From Callorhinchus milii (Eukaryota), in assembly GCF_018977255.1 (NCBI RefSeq), contig NW_024704743.1, positions 8,496,001-8,560,000 on the forward strand: a stretch of DNA of 64,000 nucleotides. The letters run 5' to 3'. Within the stretch, counting starts at the first letter, position 1. Every line of letters begins with the position of its first letter. The translations under genes were made by a program, and so were the position numbers. The notes beneath the pieces are model-generated. The model did not search any database, was not told the origin of the DNA, and saw only the letters and a list, made by a program, of their open reading frames with translations. This document shows, one piece after another, positions 1 through 13,625 of this stretch.

Positions 1-790
1 AGAGCGGAGAGGACGAGGGACATGCAATAGACCCATGCCACATAAGTAAAGGTAGAGTAAAATTGGAGCAAATCGGATAGGTAGGGAGGTGCCATGGCAT
101 GAAGAGATTTAAAAGTAATGAGCATCTTGAAATACACTAAGTTTATTTAGTGGTACTGTGCTATTTATGTTGCTTCATGTTTTATGGGTGAGGGGGGGTG
201 GGGGGGGGTGGAGAAGTGCAGCAAAAAGTTTGGGAACCCCTCACTTAGATTCCTTTCATAATCTTAAACACTAACTAATTCTCTTAAACTTCTTGAGGCA
301 CAGAAAGTACATCCAACGCCACCCCAGCTTTTCACTTTAATTTAGCCTGCTGCCTCACCCTTCTAGCCTTGTAAATTCACCCTGCACATTCTCCAAAGTC
401 AATATGGCATGCCCATGTTGAGTCGCTGAAATCTAAACACTCACATCATCTTTCCAATGAATTTTCACTATTAATGGTACTTAATATATAATACAAATTT
501 ACATAGCACATTTCAAGTCAGGAGGATATCAATTGCTATGAAACCATTAACTTGATTAACCGCGCTCTGTAACTGCAACCAGTATTTAGAATTTTAGTGG
601 ACATCAATGACACAAGGAAAGGATAAAGGGAGAACAATGGAAAGCATTCAGTTTGCCAGATATGAGCTTTCTATTTACCTTAACTTAGAAGTCCTGTATA
701 CGTGCACTTCATAATAATAATCCTTGCATTTGGTATAGAGCGTTATGTCGGAATGACGTCTCAAGATTTACGGTTCAGTTTGGTACTTAC

Positions 791-950
791 GCTGGATGTG
801 AATAAGCTGCTTTGGCATCTTGAACTCTCCACTATAGACTGATTCATAGTAGGCAATGTTACTCTCCGCCTCTGGGACAGGAATAACCATATTATCCCGC
901 TTCTCTCCATAAACCTGCTGTGCTGAAATTGCCCTCTGAAGATGGTGTTC
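791..950 (-). CDS. EPC1: EPC1 coding exon 2
   Basis: Acceptor cttcttcag|GAA. Translates EHHLQRAISAQQVYGEKRDNMVIPVPEAESNIAYYESVYSGEFKMPKQLIHIQ plus 1 nt, directly continuing exon 1. Donor C|GTAAGT; 160 nt. Not shown in the ORF track, which lists a different frame here. Confidence 0.97.
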
Positions 951-2123
951 CTGAAGAAGTTAAAGACTTTATTAAAATGCATTCATGTGCAGTTAGAAAA
1001 CAGTACTTGCATAATTCTTAGCAACTTAAAAAACACAATAGCTTTCATCAACATTAAATTAATTACGTGGTAAAAATTTAATGGCCAAAACAAAGTATTC
1101 ATTTAACAAATCAAACATTATTGGAGACCATTTCAAAATTGCGAACACAACTCAGTGTTTGAAGTTGTTAAAAGCTTGAATTTACCAAGGTAGGTACTGC
1201 TAAAAGTTTGAAAGTACCAGCAAATGAAGCACAATACCAAGGAGATACAATACTAAGTTAATTTAGAAATGACTATTTTAAACTATCCTAGATCATGGAT
1301 AGACAATGCCCTTAAGTATCACTGCATCATGATTATCACCTGAATAATTGAGAAAAAGGTTTAGATGTAACAGTGTTCAATATTTCCAAATATCCCAGAC
1401 AATAGTACTGCTAACATTTCAAAAAGTAAGAAGGGTAACCAAAGATGATAAGTTAGTTCAGTAGTTTACTTTCTTTAAAACCACAGACTTAATAGATAAT
1501 ACATTTCCCTAAAGAGTAAATAAGTTGCGCAGTGAATCAACAGAAATTCATACAATAAACCTCACTAAAATGAATATTGTTCAGTGCCAAGTACCTAAAA
1601 GGGAGAAAGTACTTTGTCCTAAAGTTCTCTCCATAGTTCTGCTATTTCAGATGGAGATAAAGACAGTACTTTTGATACAGAAAGTACTTTCCCTAAAGTT
1701 CAGTTGTCTGAACTCCGCAAGACCTAAAGCAAATATTTAAACACAAACCACAAGCAATACCGGAAGACCTCAAAAAACAAGCAACTTAAACAAACCTTAC
1801 ATAACATGGAAGATACACAGACACAACATAAGCACAGCAACAGTCAGAAATGAAAACGACACAACAAAAATCCAGCTGTCTGGGTATTTCATTACATAAA
1901 CCACTGCATAACTTGCAATTTATAATACTTATCATTAACATACGCAGTCTCTAATAAAATGCAGACTAATTTCTAATTCAATAATTATTGTAAAGTGGGG
2001 AACATGCATTAGAATTGAAAAGAATATTGTTTAGAGCACTGCTAGAACATTGTGTAGATTTGGGCATCACATTACAGGAAAGGTGTCAAAACGATTGAGG
2101 GTGCAGAACAGATTCACTTAGAC

Positions 2124-2654
2124 AAGAGGTCCTCAGACTGTGAGTGTCCCTCGTCTAAGAAAAATACAATTGCACCTCCCCATATGGAAGAAAAAGCATG
2201 GAAGAAAAACACCATTCTGCCCATATTGTTCACTCCTTCCACAGACTGTGTTGCACCTTAGATTTCACCTTCATCTAATCTCTCAGGAAAAAAATTATGT
2301 GAATACTTCCTAATCTGCAAAGGTATTCAACCAAAACTGCAGAATACCTATCTATTCATTCCCCCATAACAGCTGTTCAATGTCAGCCTGCTTTTGCTCC
2401 AGTCAATCTTGCTCACCCCTCCCCAGACAAAGAACTGAAAATGCTTACCTTTGAGCACAGGAAGCAGCTAGGCTATGTTCGTGCATTCTCCTGTCTGGCG
2501 AGAACTATTTAAATTCAAGTCCTAGTGCGTGCACACAGCCCAGCCGCTGCCCTGCTCCAATTCAATGGGAGCCAGGAAGCCGCTGGGGCAGGTGCAAGCA
2601 TGCGCGGCCTCTCTCGAGGTTAGTGCAACTGGCTCCCCATTTTGAGAACCTCTA
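2124..2654. mobile_element. hAT-type MITE nested in a CR1 fragment
   Basis: Imperfect TIRs AGAGGTCCTCAGAC / TTTTGAGAACCTCT. 8-bp TSD ACTTAGAC (2116-2123) / ATTTAGAC (2655-2662). Confidence 0.72.
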
Positions 2655-4974
2655 ATTTAGACAAACAATATACATGTGAAGGTTCTGTCTTAAAATTGGG
2701 GTTTTTCCACTGGAGCAGAGAAGATTATAGTTGAAGTCTTAAGGGGCATGTCAAGTTAAATAGGAAAACTCCCATTTCCTTTTGTTGAGCAATTAGTGAC
2801 AAGGCAAAGAGGTTTACCACCATTAGAATTAGGGGAGAGGTTAAAGGGTAGTTTCTCAGAGTTGTTGGGGGTGTGGAATTTGTTATTTCAAGTTCCTATT
2901 GAGGCTGTATCAATAGATATACATTGTATGATATGGCATATAAAACATTACTGGAGGTGTCCTGCATTCAGATGAGATGTTAAACTGGGATTTTATCTGC
3001 CTGTTCAGCTGAATGTTAAAAGATCCCAACGGCACTATTTGAAAAGAAAAGGGAGTTTCTCCCAGTTTATGGTCAACAATGTCCCAGGGAAAAAATATTC
3101 ATTCATTTCATAACTGTTTGTGGGTCATTGCTGGACAGAAACTAGCTATGGTGTTAACAAATATACAGTATTATACTTTAAAGTAAACCCTGAGAAGTGC
3201 TTTGACAGTTGGCAGTTGTATATTCTGCACATAGCATGCAGCAAATCACTTCAGCAGCCTCCTGGAATATCTGACATCAGGACTGAAAGCTGTATGTACC
3301 AAATGTGTATAGTGTAGGGCCACATTATAAGTGAACCCATTCATTTAATAAGCTACAGTTCTGAAACGTGATACTTGGGCCGTAAAAGAGCTCAATGGAG
3401 TATTGAACTATCAACTGCAAATAAAATTCATAGAAAGTTAGAAAACTAGATAGGCACAGATGGATGGGAAAATAAATAGCGAACGTTTAAAACAACACTG
3501 GAGATATGCAAGATAGCATAATTGCACCCAAACATGCCCTTCTGCTTTGCAATAAACAAATAGCAAACATAAAAACACTGAAAATATAACACCAGATATA
3601 AAAATAAAAACTAACCAGTTTGTAAATAAAACATATTCAATAAATACCAACACTCCAAAATATCTGTGGTATAAACCTACATGTTGTTAATCCAGTAATA
3701 AATCTTGCACACTAGAGAAAGAATTAAATGTTGACCAAACAACTATTCATTCATACATTATAAGAAATACATCATTCCTCAAATATAGAATAAAAAGTTT
3801 AATCTTCAGCCAAGGAGTATAGGTTATAGTTTGTGTGGGAAGCTGTAAAGTCAGCACTAGAAGTGTACCACAATTCAGGTATATCGCGTCTCAAATGGAG
3901 GTTCGCAGGGTTAACAGAATTCATGTGGGAAGAATTCCTACTCCAATTGTTGGCCTATATCAATTGCACAATGGTTGGGGAAAATGTTTAACTATAAATA
4001 TCAGGTCTAATTTTAAACTTCAATCTGTTGAGATCAATTTAGTATTGATTAGCTTGTTGATAACAGCTTCATATCGACTGGAACAAATCTCCATAGATTG
4101 TAGCAAAACCAGAAAAGAATTGGGACAGATTTTTTTTCCTGAACAATAAAGTAGCAGAACTGGGGGGAGGGAGAGCCCAGGAGAAAAGTAGCCTAACATT
4201 CAAATACAATTGGCAGCCTCCACCGGTTACGTAGGTTGTGGTCAACTGGGAAAACTATTCAAAAGGCAAGACAGAGGCACAGATGGTATAATGTTACCAT
4301 GCCACACACACAATGAGTTTCTCCACATCAAAAAAAATTAAAAATCCCGAATGATAAAAAAAATTTAAATAAAAACTTCAGCTTTTGCTATTTGTATTGA
4401 TCAAAGTACAGCTGGTGGTGTTTTATAAAATCAACAAATTCTAGCTAATTAACTCAATTTTTTAATTTTCTGAATGGTTATTGCAGTTACTTATCTTACC
4501 ACAGTTTTTTTAAGTCTCGGTTTCAAGCCGATTTCTAAGGTCTCACAGATTGAAGCCAAGCTCCTTGGGACCCTATTTTCTACAATCAGGTGTTACAATT
4601 ACAAAACAACTGGCTTGCATTGCAGTGATTATAATTTTAAATATGCTATTTCAAAAGGCAGGTGGAGGATAATAATGATTTGTGTAATGCTTAGCTATTC
4701 AAAGACAGTGGTCATTAACCAAGTCGATTACATTTTACTAGTATTTTAAGCACTCAAGTATGCATGCATGCGAACGATGAGAACAGAGAAAGTACAGAGC
4801 AATGTAAAGAAAAAAAAGTTCCTAAATAACAAAATCTTTCAATAGTTTTTTGTGCATATATAAGTTCCCCTTGAACTGCTAAAATCATCTCCTTTCACAA
4901 ACAGTCTCTTTCCGCATATTCACCACTGTACGAGATGAATCAAATCTGTCCGTTTACCTATCATCTTCCTCTAT

Positions 4975-5263
4975 ATAATACTTGCATTTGATATAGCGCT
5001 TTTCACGTCTTCTATACATCTCAAAGCGCTTCAGAATATATTGTAAAATGAATTAATTGCATACTTGTGGGGCGAAACGCGACAGCCAATTGCGCACTGT
5101 TATGGACTCAAGTGAAGTGACCAAATTATTTTTTTTTGTTGAGGGATTATTATCAGGTGTGTGGAGTAGGGAAACTTTCCCAAGGTTTCACCCTGCCGGG
5201 AATCAAACCCAGGTCTCTCACTTGCAAGGCGAGTGCTCTAACCACTGAGCTACAGGACTCCAC
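4975..5263 (-). mobile_element. tRNA(Ala-like)-headed SINE, short variant
   Basis: Reverse complement of the head GGAGTCCTGTAGCTCAGTGGTTAGAGCACTCGC..GGTTTGATTCC (pol III A/B boxes), plus an L2-like tail. Confidence 0.9.
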
Positions 5264-5869
5264 AAAGCTGGGAATTCATGCCTTTTATAACTATGAACAT
5301 ATTTTTCTATACCTTTAGGTCTTGAAATAAATTTCTGAGAACATTCTCTACTTTAGCCTTATTTGTAACTTAGATGCATAATTCCTAGCTTCCATTGTTT
5401 TTTTTAAGAGTCTCGAATGGAAAGATTTTCCAATTGTAATACACTAACTGTATACAGTAGTTCAAATTGGACCTAATTAGTGCACTATACAAATTCCATC
5501 ACATCCTGTGACATGCGCTTATTCCTTTAGGTACAGACTTTCAGGATCTTGTTGGCAATCTTTTCTGCTTCCATAAACTGTGCACACAGTTTCACCAAAT
5601 CTATACACCAAATCCAAACCATTTCCTGTGTAGAAGTAAATATGTAAAATACTGTTTTATATTGCTCAGCAAACATTTTATTCTTCAAACAGTTAAAACA
5701 TTAAGATGTCAGCCTGGTTTCATTCAGCCTTGATTGCTACAGTTAGCAGCAATTAAGTTGAATCAAGCTGTAATTTTGTCAATGCCTGTCCTATATTGTA
5801 GAATCACTAAACTAAATTATGTTCCAAACAACATAAATTGTTTTTTTCCTATCTAATTGCTACTTTAGA

Positions 5870-6230
5870 TATGTTAGACGTTTATAAAGAGATCATTCTA
5901 AACTTATAAAGATAGTTAGTTAGACCACAGTTAGAATATTGTATCCAGTATTTGTCACCCACTTTATGAAAGGTGTCAAGGCATGAGGGAGGTTCAGAGG
6001 AGATTCACTGAACGATACTGGGGAACAGCGCTTTGGCCTTTGAGTGGAAACTGGAGGAACTCAAGACTTTTTGCACAGGAACAAAATGTTGAGGGTGACC
6101 TGATAGAGACCTTTAAAATATGAGTGGTTTTGATAGTTAACAAGGAGACAAGATAGATATCCTAAAGTTAGCAACAGGGGTATGGAGAAAGGGCAGATAA
6201 GTGGGACTGAAACAATTGCTCTCAAGCAGA
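5870..6230 (+). mobile_element. CR1 LINE fragment, degraded
   Basis: GTTAGACCACAGTTAGAATATTG..GAGGGTGACCTGATAGAG correspond to CR1 RPQLEY..RGDLIE. Confidence 0.75.
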
Positions 6231-6594
6231 GGGGTCAAACACACGGTAGGCCACTGTAATAATAGGGTAATATTTGTCGACACTCCCATTAGTTTCTAAA
6301 ATCACATTGATATAGTATATTGGAATTCTTCTTAAAAACCAACCCTCCTCTTTTCAAGACGTATTCAAATCTGTGCATTCTGAATCGCATAAAGAACATT
6401 CCCATGAAGCCAATGAAGCTCAGAGTTAGTAAAAAGTCAATCAGAATGCATTTGCTCAATACATATGTGAAGGCATAAATCGCATTTAGCAAAGGTAAAT
6501 TTCATTGCGGAACTAAATGGTATTTGCACAGCCAGTCAGTAGTTTTTGTTTCAGTGATGTCAAAAATGCTATACTTTTAAGTTAACATGTTAAC

Positions 6595-7666
6595 ATGGGG
6601 TTAACTTCCACATGTATGCGGATGACACCCAACTCTACCTTTCCTCCTCTACTCTCAACTCCACGACCACCGATGTCCTGACAGCCTGCCTGTCCGACAT
6701 CGAGTCCTGGACGAGAGACAACTTTCTTCAGCTCAACGTGCGAAAAACCGAGGCCCTCCTGATTGGCTCACGTCAGCGCCTCCGCACCTCAGGCGCTGAC
6801 ACCATCAGCATCCAAGGCTGCACTCTCCACCTCTCAAAGCCAGTCAGGAACCTCGGCGTTTTGTTTGACCCTGAGCTGTCCTTTCTCCCTCACATCCGCA
6901 CCACAACTGGCACCGCCTTCCATCACCTCCGGAATATCGCCAGATTACGGCACTACCTCACCCCTCACGCTGCTGAAACCCTGGTTCACGCCTTTGTCAC
7001 CTCAAGGCTGGACTATGGGAACTCTCTCCTCGCCGGCCTTCCCGCCACCTCCCTCCACAAGCTGCAGGTCATTCAGAACTCTGCAGCTCGTGTACTGTCC
7101 CGCACCAGGCTTCGGGACCACATCACTCCTACCCTCGCTCGCCTCCACTGGCTCCCCATCCCCCAGAGGATTGATTTCAAGATCCTCATCCTCACCTACA
7201 AGGCCATTCACGGCCTTGCTCCCTCCTACCTCTCCAACCTACTATCCCCCTACCTACCTGCCCGTACCCTCCGTTCCTCTGGCTCCGGTCTGCTCCACGT
7301 CCCCCGCCCCAACCGCCCTACTATCGGTGGTCGGGCCTTCAGCCTCTCAGCCCCGAGGCTCTGGAACTCCATCCCCCAGTGCCTTCGCCTTGCTTCCTCC
7401 CTTTCCTCCTTCAAGGCCGGTCTCAAAACCTTTCTCTTTGACCGAGCCTTCAGCTCCCCTCTCGACTCTCTTCCTCCTCCTCGCTCCCTCCCTTCCCTCC
7501 CCTCACCCTGACCATTTCCCCCTCCTCTCTCCCTCCCTTCCCTCCCCTCACCCTGACCATTTCCCCCCTGCTCGGGTCATGACCCAACTGTGCAGCGCCT
7601 TGGGACGTCCTCCTGACGTGAAAGGCGCTCTATAAATGGAATCTTGTTGTTGTTGTTGTTGTTGTT
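6595..7666 (+). mobile_element. L2-clade LINE, 5'-truncated, young; intact RT C-terminal ORF 6612-7511
   Basis: ORF has YADD, SRLDY, LQVIQNSAAR, HITPTL..LHWLP and GGRAFS..APRLWNS (L2 hallmarks). 3' UTR ends in a stem-loop and a (TTG)n tail; CpGs are largely retained. Confidence 0.95.
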
Positions 7667-9268
7667 AAATATTGAGACTTAGCAATTGCCCACATACTTG
7701 TTTTTAAATGAAAAGGAATTGTGCAGTGGGATAATGTTTCATGTAAATTGGTATATTTGAGTAAATATACACACAATCACTAGAGACATTATCAGAACAG
7801 TACATCGTATATATATTTTTTTGTGGTGCGGCCCACTAAGTGTACAGTGTTGATTTAAATTGTCCTTGTGGCCAGATGAGTTTGACACTCCATGCTCTTG
7901 AAGAAGCCAGCACAGGCACAATCTGTCAAATGGCCTCCTTCTGTGCTATAAATTTCTATGCTTCTATACAATCCTACGGTTTTGTACAGAATGTAGTCAT
8001 TCAGAGCATTGACTCACATGTACCTCTCACCAGTTGTATACCTTCGTTAAACTGACATCTCACTAAACCTCTAAAATGACATCTGGAACAGAGTATGAAC
8101 TACACATTTTGGAAGATTATTCTCAATCTTCTCAGAGAAAGAAAGTTTGGGGATTTTTACAGCACACTATCAAATACTTCAAGTATTTTACACTAATTGC
8201 TAATAGTAGTCAGATTCTGTGATAATAGTGGTTCAGATCCATAAAGTGATACCATGTGTTATAACCGCATTAAGGTGGAAGTGCTGACTGTTGGCCACAG
8301 ATGACATTGTTGCTGACTTCAAGCATACAGAAAGTTGGTCAGTTAGCAGTAACTGCTCTCCCAAACATTTCCATTGATTACTATGATGCTACAGACACTG
8401 GGAGGGAGGCCCTTCTATGCCCCTACCCCAGGTGTATGCAAACCCAGGACAGTCAATACTGCTAATGCTTCAGTATGGCTATATTCAAATTTCCACAAAC
8501 AATGCATAATCTCCCGCTCTACAGTAGACACTATTCCAAATCAGTGTAGGTTCTACTCCATTCACCTCCCAAGAGAAGGTTCTGCTCCAATCCCGAGTTA
8601 AACTGAGCACAATTCCAAGACATCCACCTAACCTTTATCTCCTAAACAAATTACCTCTCCTAGTACATTTGTGTTATATTTCTGTGCTCAGCAAAGACTT
8701 TAAGATATTATGGTGTTAGAAGCATTACTGAGTGACAATGTGAGAAAATCATTTGTCAATAATCCAAATCTTAAAATGTACTGAAAATACATTGCTCTGG
8801 CTCCCTCATATGGTCACCTTCAGTTACTCCATAATTTGAGACAATCAATACTCGAGTTTATAAAAGTACCAATTTAAGTAAGGACATTACTGTTCACGAC
8901 TTGAGTTTTAAATGGCACCACTAATGCAATATACATTTTATCAAAGACTTGGCACTTGACTAAAAAGTCAATTAAGCATCTCTACATTGACTCAAGAAAA
9001 AAAATCTCTCAGTTCTTTTATGTGGGTAACATTGCTCATTTAAAGACAATCATGCTGATAATACACAGGTATACAAAGATTTAGTGTGCGAATTGCACAT
9101 CAGATCCTAGCAATGCTACCAAAAACCTTGAATTTTTGTAGTCACAATGTATAGACAGTCCTACCTACCCAGTCACGTCAACATGCCGGGGACGATTCAA
9201 GTTTTGTAGACATAGGCAGTCACAAGTGGACAGTAGATATTCTATGATTAAAATCTCTATACCATAGT

Positions 9269-9577
9269 GTGGAGTCCTGTAGCTCAGTGGTTAGAGCACT
9301 CGCTTTGCAAGCGAGAGACCTGAGTTCAATTCCAGGCAGGGCGAAACCTTGGGCAAGTTTCCTTACTCCACATACCTAACAATAATCCCTCCCAAAAAAA
9401 AACAATCATAAATTGGTCATTTTCAATCTACGACTGTTTGTGGGACATTGCTGTGCGCAATTGGCTGCCGCATTCTCCCACAAATACAGTCAATTCACTT
9501 TACAGTGTCTTCTGTGAAGCGCTTTGGGAAATCCCCTCGACGTGAAAAGCGCTATATGAAATGCAAGGATTATTATT
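9269..9577 (+). mobile_element. tRNA(Ala-like)-headed SINE, short variant, full length
   Basis: A box TAGCTCAGTGG, anticodon arm CTCGC-TTTGCAA-GCGAG, B box GAGTTCAATTCC, tail ...GCAAGGATTATTATT. Confidence 0.92.
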
Positions 9578-10601
9578 TCATATTATTTCATGTATTTCAT
9601 TGAAAATTCATTATTTACAAGTCATACATTAATTAAAATTCCCAAACCACTTATTTATCTGTATTTTTGCCATCTTATTTACAAAAAAGTATTATCTTAT
9701 TTACAAAATTAGTCATCTAAGTAAAAAAAAAGTCGGCAAGCGTGGCTAATAAAACAATGCCTTTAATGCTGTTTGGGGCTCAAACACTTTATTGGCATAA
9801 GTGTGCCAAGAGTTTATGGCGAAGTTGACATAGATGATACGTTTTAGTATTAATGTGCAGAGAAGGGACTGGGAATTCACATTTTTGTTGATATAAGCTG
9901 GGTGTTGACATAAACGGGTTCTAGAAGTGGCTAGGACTGTAATATAAACTTGACTTTAGTGCTGGTTTGGTGAAGTATTTGGGTTTGTTTTGCATGGTGT
10001 GATTCCACATTTTTATCAATGGTTTAGGATTTAACATCTCTCTAATGGATATTCAATTTGTTAATTATCTGATGTTACAACTAATCAAGATCAAATGGTT
10101 ATTTATTGAAACATTCCAACTAGTTTTGCACCCATATCAAAAGTTGGCAGCCATGGGAATCCTCAACCTACAGGTGTCTCAGAATGAAATGACGAAACAT
10201 TACCACTCAACCTTTGATTCTTCCCTCAAATCAGAACAATAGCACAAACATCTGGCTGCACGCTTAAGTAGGTTCTCAACAGTGACTTACAGCAATTTTA
10301 ATGGCCAATACATGTAATCAAACATGTAAATGTATCCAAGTCACAAAGAGAGCATTTAATGATACATTCTTGCTAAAAATGAATTTGTAAACTGGGATAG
10401 GGAGCTGTTCAGCAGAGATTAGTTAGAACTTTAGATAACTGAAGAATTCTATAAGTACATGATACAGCGATACCCCCGCACCAGCATGGGGGGGAACCCA
10501 GGACTGTCTAGCACCCTTGGGGCGAAATTAGTATTGTACTATTCCTGGCTAAAGTGCAGCTGCAATATTATGTGCTCTTTTAAGCACCGTATTAAAGGAA
10601 T

Positions 10602-10948
10602 GTGGAGTCCCGTAGCGTAGTGGTTGGAGAACTCGCCTCGCAAATGAGAGCACCTGGGTTCGATTCCTGGGCACGTTCCCTTACTCCACATGCCTGTTTA
10701 CCTAGTAGCAAGTGGGAACCTGTTTGTTGTCGAAAGGTGGATTGCTTTCTGGGGATAATAATATCTTCAAATAAATAGTAATAAGGTCAATAAATTCATG
10801 ACTGGTTGTGGGACACTACTGTGTGCAATTGGCTGCTGTGTTTTGCCTACAAAACACTCAGTCAATTTGGACTATATCCCGTGAAGCGCTTTGAGAGGTC
10901 TTGAAGACGTGATAAGGCACTATATCAATGCAAGGATTATTATAATAA
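10602..10948 (+). mobile_element. tRNA-headed SINE, long variant
   Basis: Same head and tail, plus an internal GTTTACCTAG..GGAACCTG segment. Confidence 0.88.
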
Positions 10949-13625
10949 TTAAGTCTGGGATTGGTACAGTGTAGATTCAGTATGTCAACAGGCCAACATT
11001 CAAATAAGCATTCAAAACAACGAGGCTAAAAAACGTATGGAGCAAATCATCATAAATGGCTTTGAAGTCGGTCTCAAAGTTTAATGAAAAAAAATTCAGT
11101 TCATACACCAGTTTACAGTTAACACACCCCGGATCAAAGTTTAATCGTATTTTTCTTCTGAGTTAAAATCAATTGCACATTTTCAAATGTATTTATATGA
11201 TCTAAAATTAAGTTCTGTACTCAGAAGTCTAATTGCCCACAAACAAACTAGATCCATTTTAAGCCTCAAGAGTAAAATAAGTCAAAACAATTTTAAAACC
11301 TAATTTTGAGGAGTGTTTCAAAGTTCTGAAGAACATATCTCAGAACATGGAGAAACTAAGGTACAGTAATTTTCTAACAAAAGTTTCACATTGAGGTTAC
11401 CAAGTTTTCATGCTACTTCCAAGTGTGACACAGTATATAAGGCAATTGGAGAATCTTATAACTTATACAAACACCTGAATTGACTGAATTCCCTGTGTAA
11501 ATAATTACATCATGCACTGATTTAACAATAAGTTACCATGAAATGTGTTCTCTATTCAACAACAATTCCATGGCTATATTACAAATATCATTTATACACT
11601 GAAAACCTCAAACAGCAATTCATCAGATACTACAGGATCCACATCTGCATTACAAACAGTTATGGTTCAGCAAGCAGCATAAGGAAAACAATCCAAAGAT
11701 GAACGAATTGCACTCAGTCGTCCTCAACTTATGAACTCTTTTTAATAACAACCTGCAGATTTTTAAGTTTGATTATTGAAGCAATTGCAATTTTGGATTA
11801 ATATCATGTCCCTTTTATATTAAAAAAGTGATTGGAAAAGGTTCACCAATAGAATAGCTATACTGGATTATACTGTTCGATGTAGAGGCGGAGCTAAGTG
11901 AACTCATAGGAAGACCAATTCTCAGTATTCAATAACAATTATATTCAGTTATTTAAGAGCTGGGAGTGTAATTTATCCTGCTCGTTAAATTACATGTTTT
12001 AGAAAAATGATGGTCCAGCTAAAAATGTTTCAACTTAATGTTTTATATAAAAAAAATGCCAAAATCAGCATCAGTATGGTTCAGGTTTGCTCAAAACCAA
12101 ACAATTGCATTACAGTACAATTTTAGTACTGTTCTGATAAATTAGCATGGAATTCAATTATAGTGCCTTAAAGCTGAAATCTCTCAAAGCATTTCAAAGT
12201 AATTACTGTTAATGTTAGTATGAAACGTATACTTTAACATCTAAACACAAAAGAGCTCTGGTTGGTCGACTCAAACACCATTGCTTTTCACTATATAACT
12301 AGCACCTTAGCGTAATGAAATGTCTCAAAGGGCTTTTGTAAAAGCACATCTGCTGCAATTATTCAACACAGCCATAAAATGAATGACCATTACTTTTTTT
12401 CCTCTGGAAGATTGTTGTCAAAGAACCACTACACCATTTGAAAAAAGTATTTCAGATTGTATTTGTAACAGCAGACAATTTGTGAATAGCACTGTCCCAC
12501 AAACGGCAAGGAGGTGAATAGCCGATTTAGCTGGAGGATGTTTTGCTGGGTTGCCGGAAAACTCCCTTCCCTTTTCAAATAATATCATGTTGGATCCTTT
12601 AATGTTCACCTGCCAAGGCAAACATTATCTTGATTTAATGTTTCATCTGAAGAACAGCAGCACTCATAAAATAGCACTAACCACCTACTGGAATCAGCCT
12701 AGACCTACACTCAAAGTCTCCAATGAAGGATTTCATTAAAATGTATATCAGGGCCATCAATAAAATTTCTGCTTATTATTGAATTAGTTTTAAAATATCA
12801 CCCAATTACCCAACTACATTTAAACTTGTGACTGTAGTTGCTGCTGAGTGTTCGATAGTTCAGCATTTCAATTGTCCCTAGGATTTCTGTAGTGTCAAGG
12901 TGAGCTAGTGAAATTTCCTATGTCTACTTTAAATGTGGAACAACATCCGGCAATTGTAATATAACTTATAATTTAAAAAAATTAGTTTGAGCTCAAGTTA
13001 ACGATTGTTACAGAAGTGAAGAGGCATATTGCATAACATTGCATTTTCTGGCTTAACGTGTTTTTTTTAAAACTCCGACAGATGATTGAAAATGCTAACA
13101 AATTGCATCCTACACATATCTCAAAAATAATTAAAATATCATTAACAAACACATGGACAAACCACCATTAGCTTGTTGTGTTATTTTCACTTCACAAATA
13201 AAGGTAGTGAAAGCCAGGAAACACCCGAGAACAGTTTTGCTCACAGCCTTTGCTTGTGACTGCTAACCAAACAAGGTTAGTGGACAGATCACATTTGATA
13301 GCAGCTCATACACAAATCTTGAAACGTATATTTTAATATCTAGACACAGTAGAGTTTGGGTTGGCTGACTCATTGCTTTTCAATATACAGCTCGCACCTT
13401 ATCGTAGTGAAATGTCTCAAAGGGCTTTGGTAAAGCACATCTATTGCAATTATTCAACACAGCCATAAAATGAATGACCATTATTTTTTTCCTCTGGTGG
13501 ATTGTTGTCAAAGAACCATTTGAAAAAAATGTTTCAGATCATTTTCTAAAGTCTATCGGAACAGCTAGACGGGCTAGCTCAGTAGAATATCTCACCTGGG
13601 TGGCGCCTCTAACAATCCAGGTTGT

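Noticed and set aside
761..982. 73-aa minus-strand ORF
   Set aside because: Wrong frame overlapping the true EPC1 exon 2.
6763..7635. 290-aa Ser/Pro-rich ORF overlapping the L2 ORF
   Set aside because: Alternate frame of C-rich L2 sequence, which is depleted of stop codons.
9271..9345. Apparent tRNA-Ala(TGC) genes at SINE heads (also 59742 etc.)
   Set aside because: Each runs directly into the SINE body and tail, with no proper acceptor stem or terminator; they are SINE heads.
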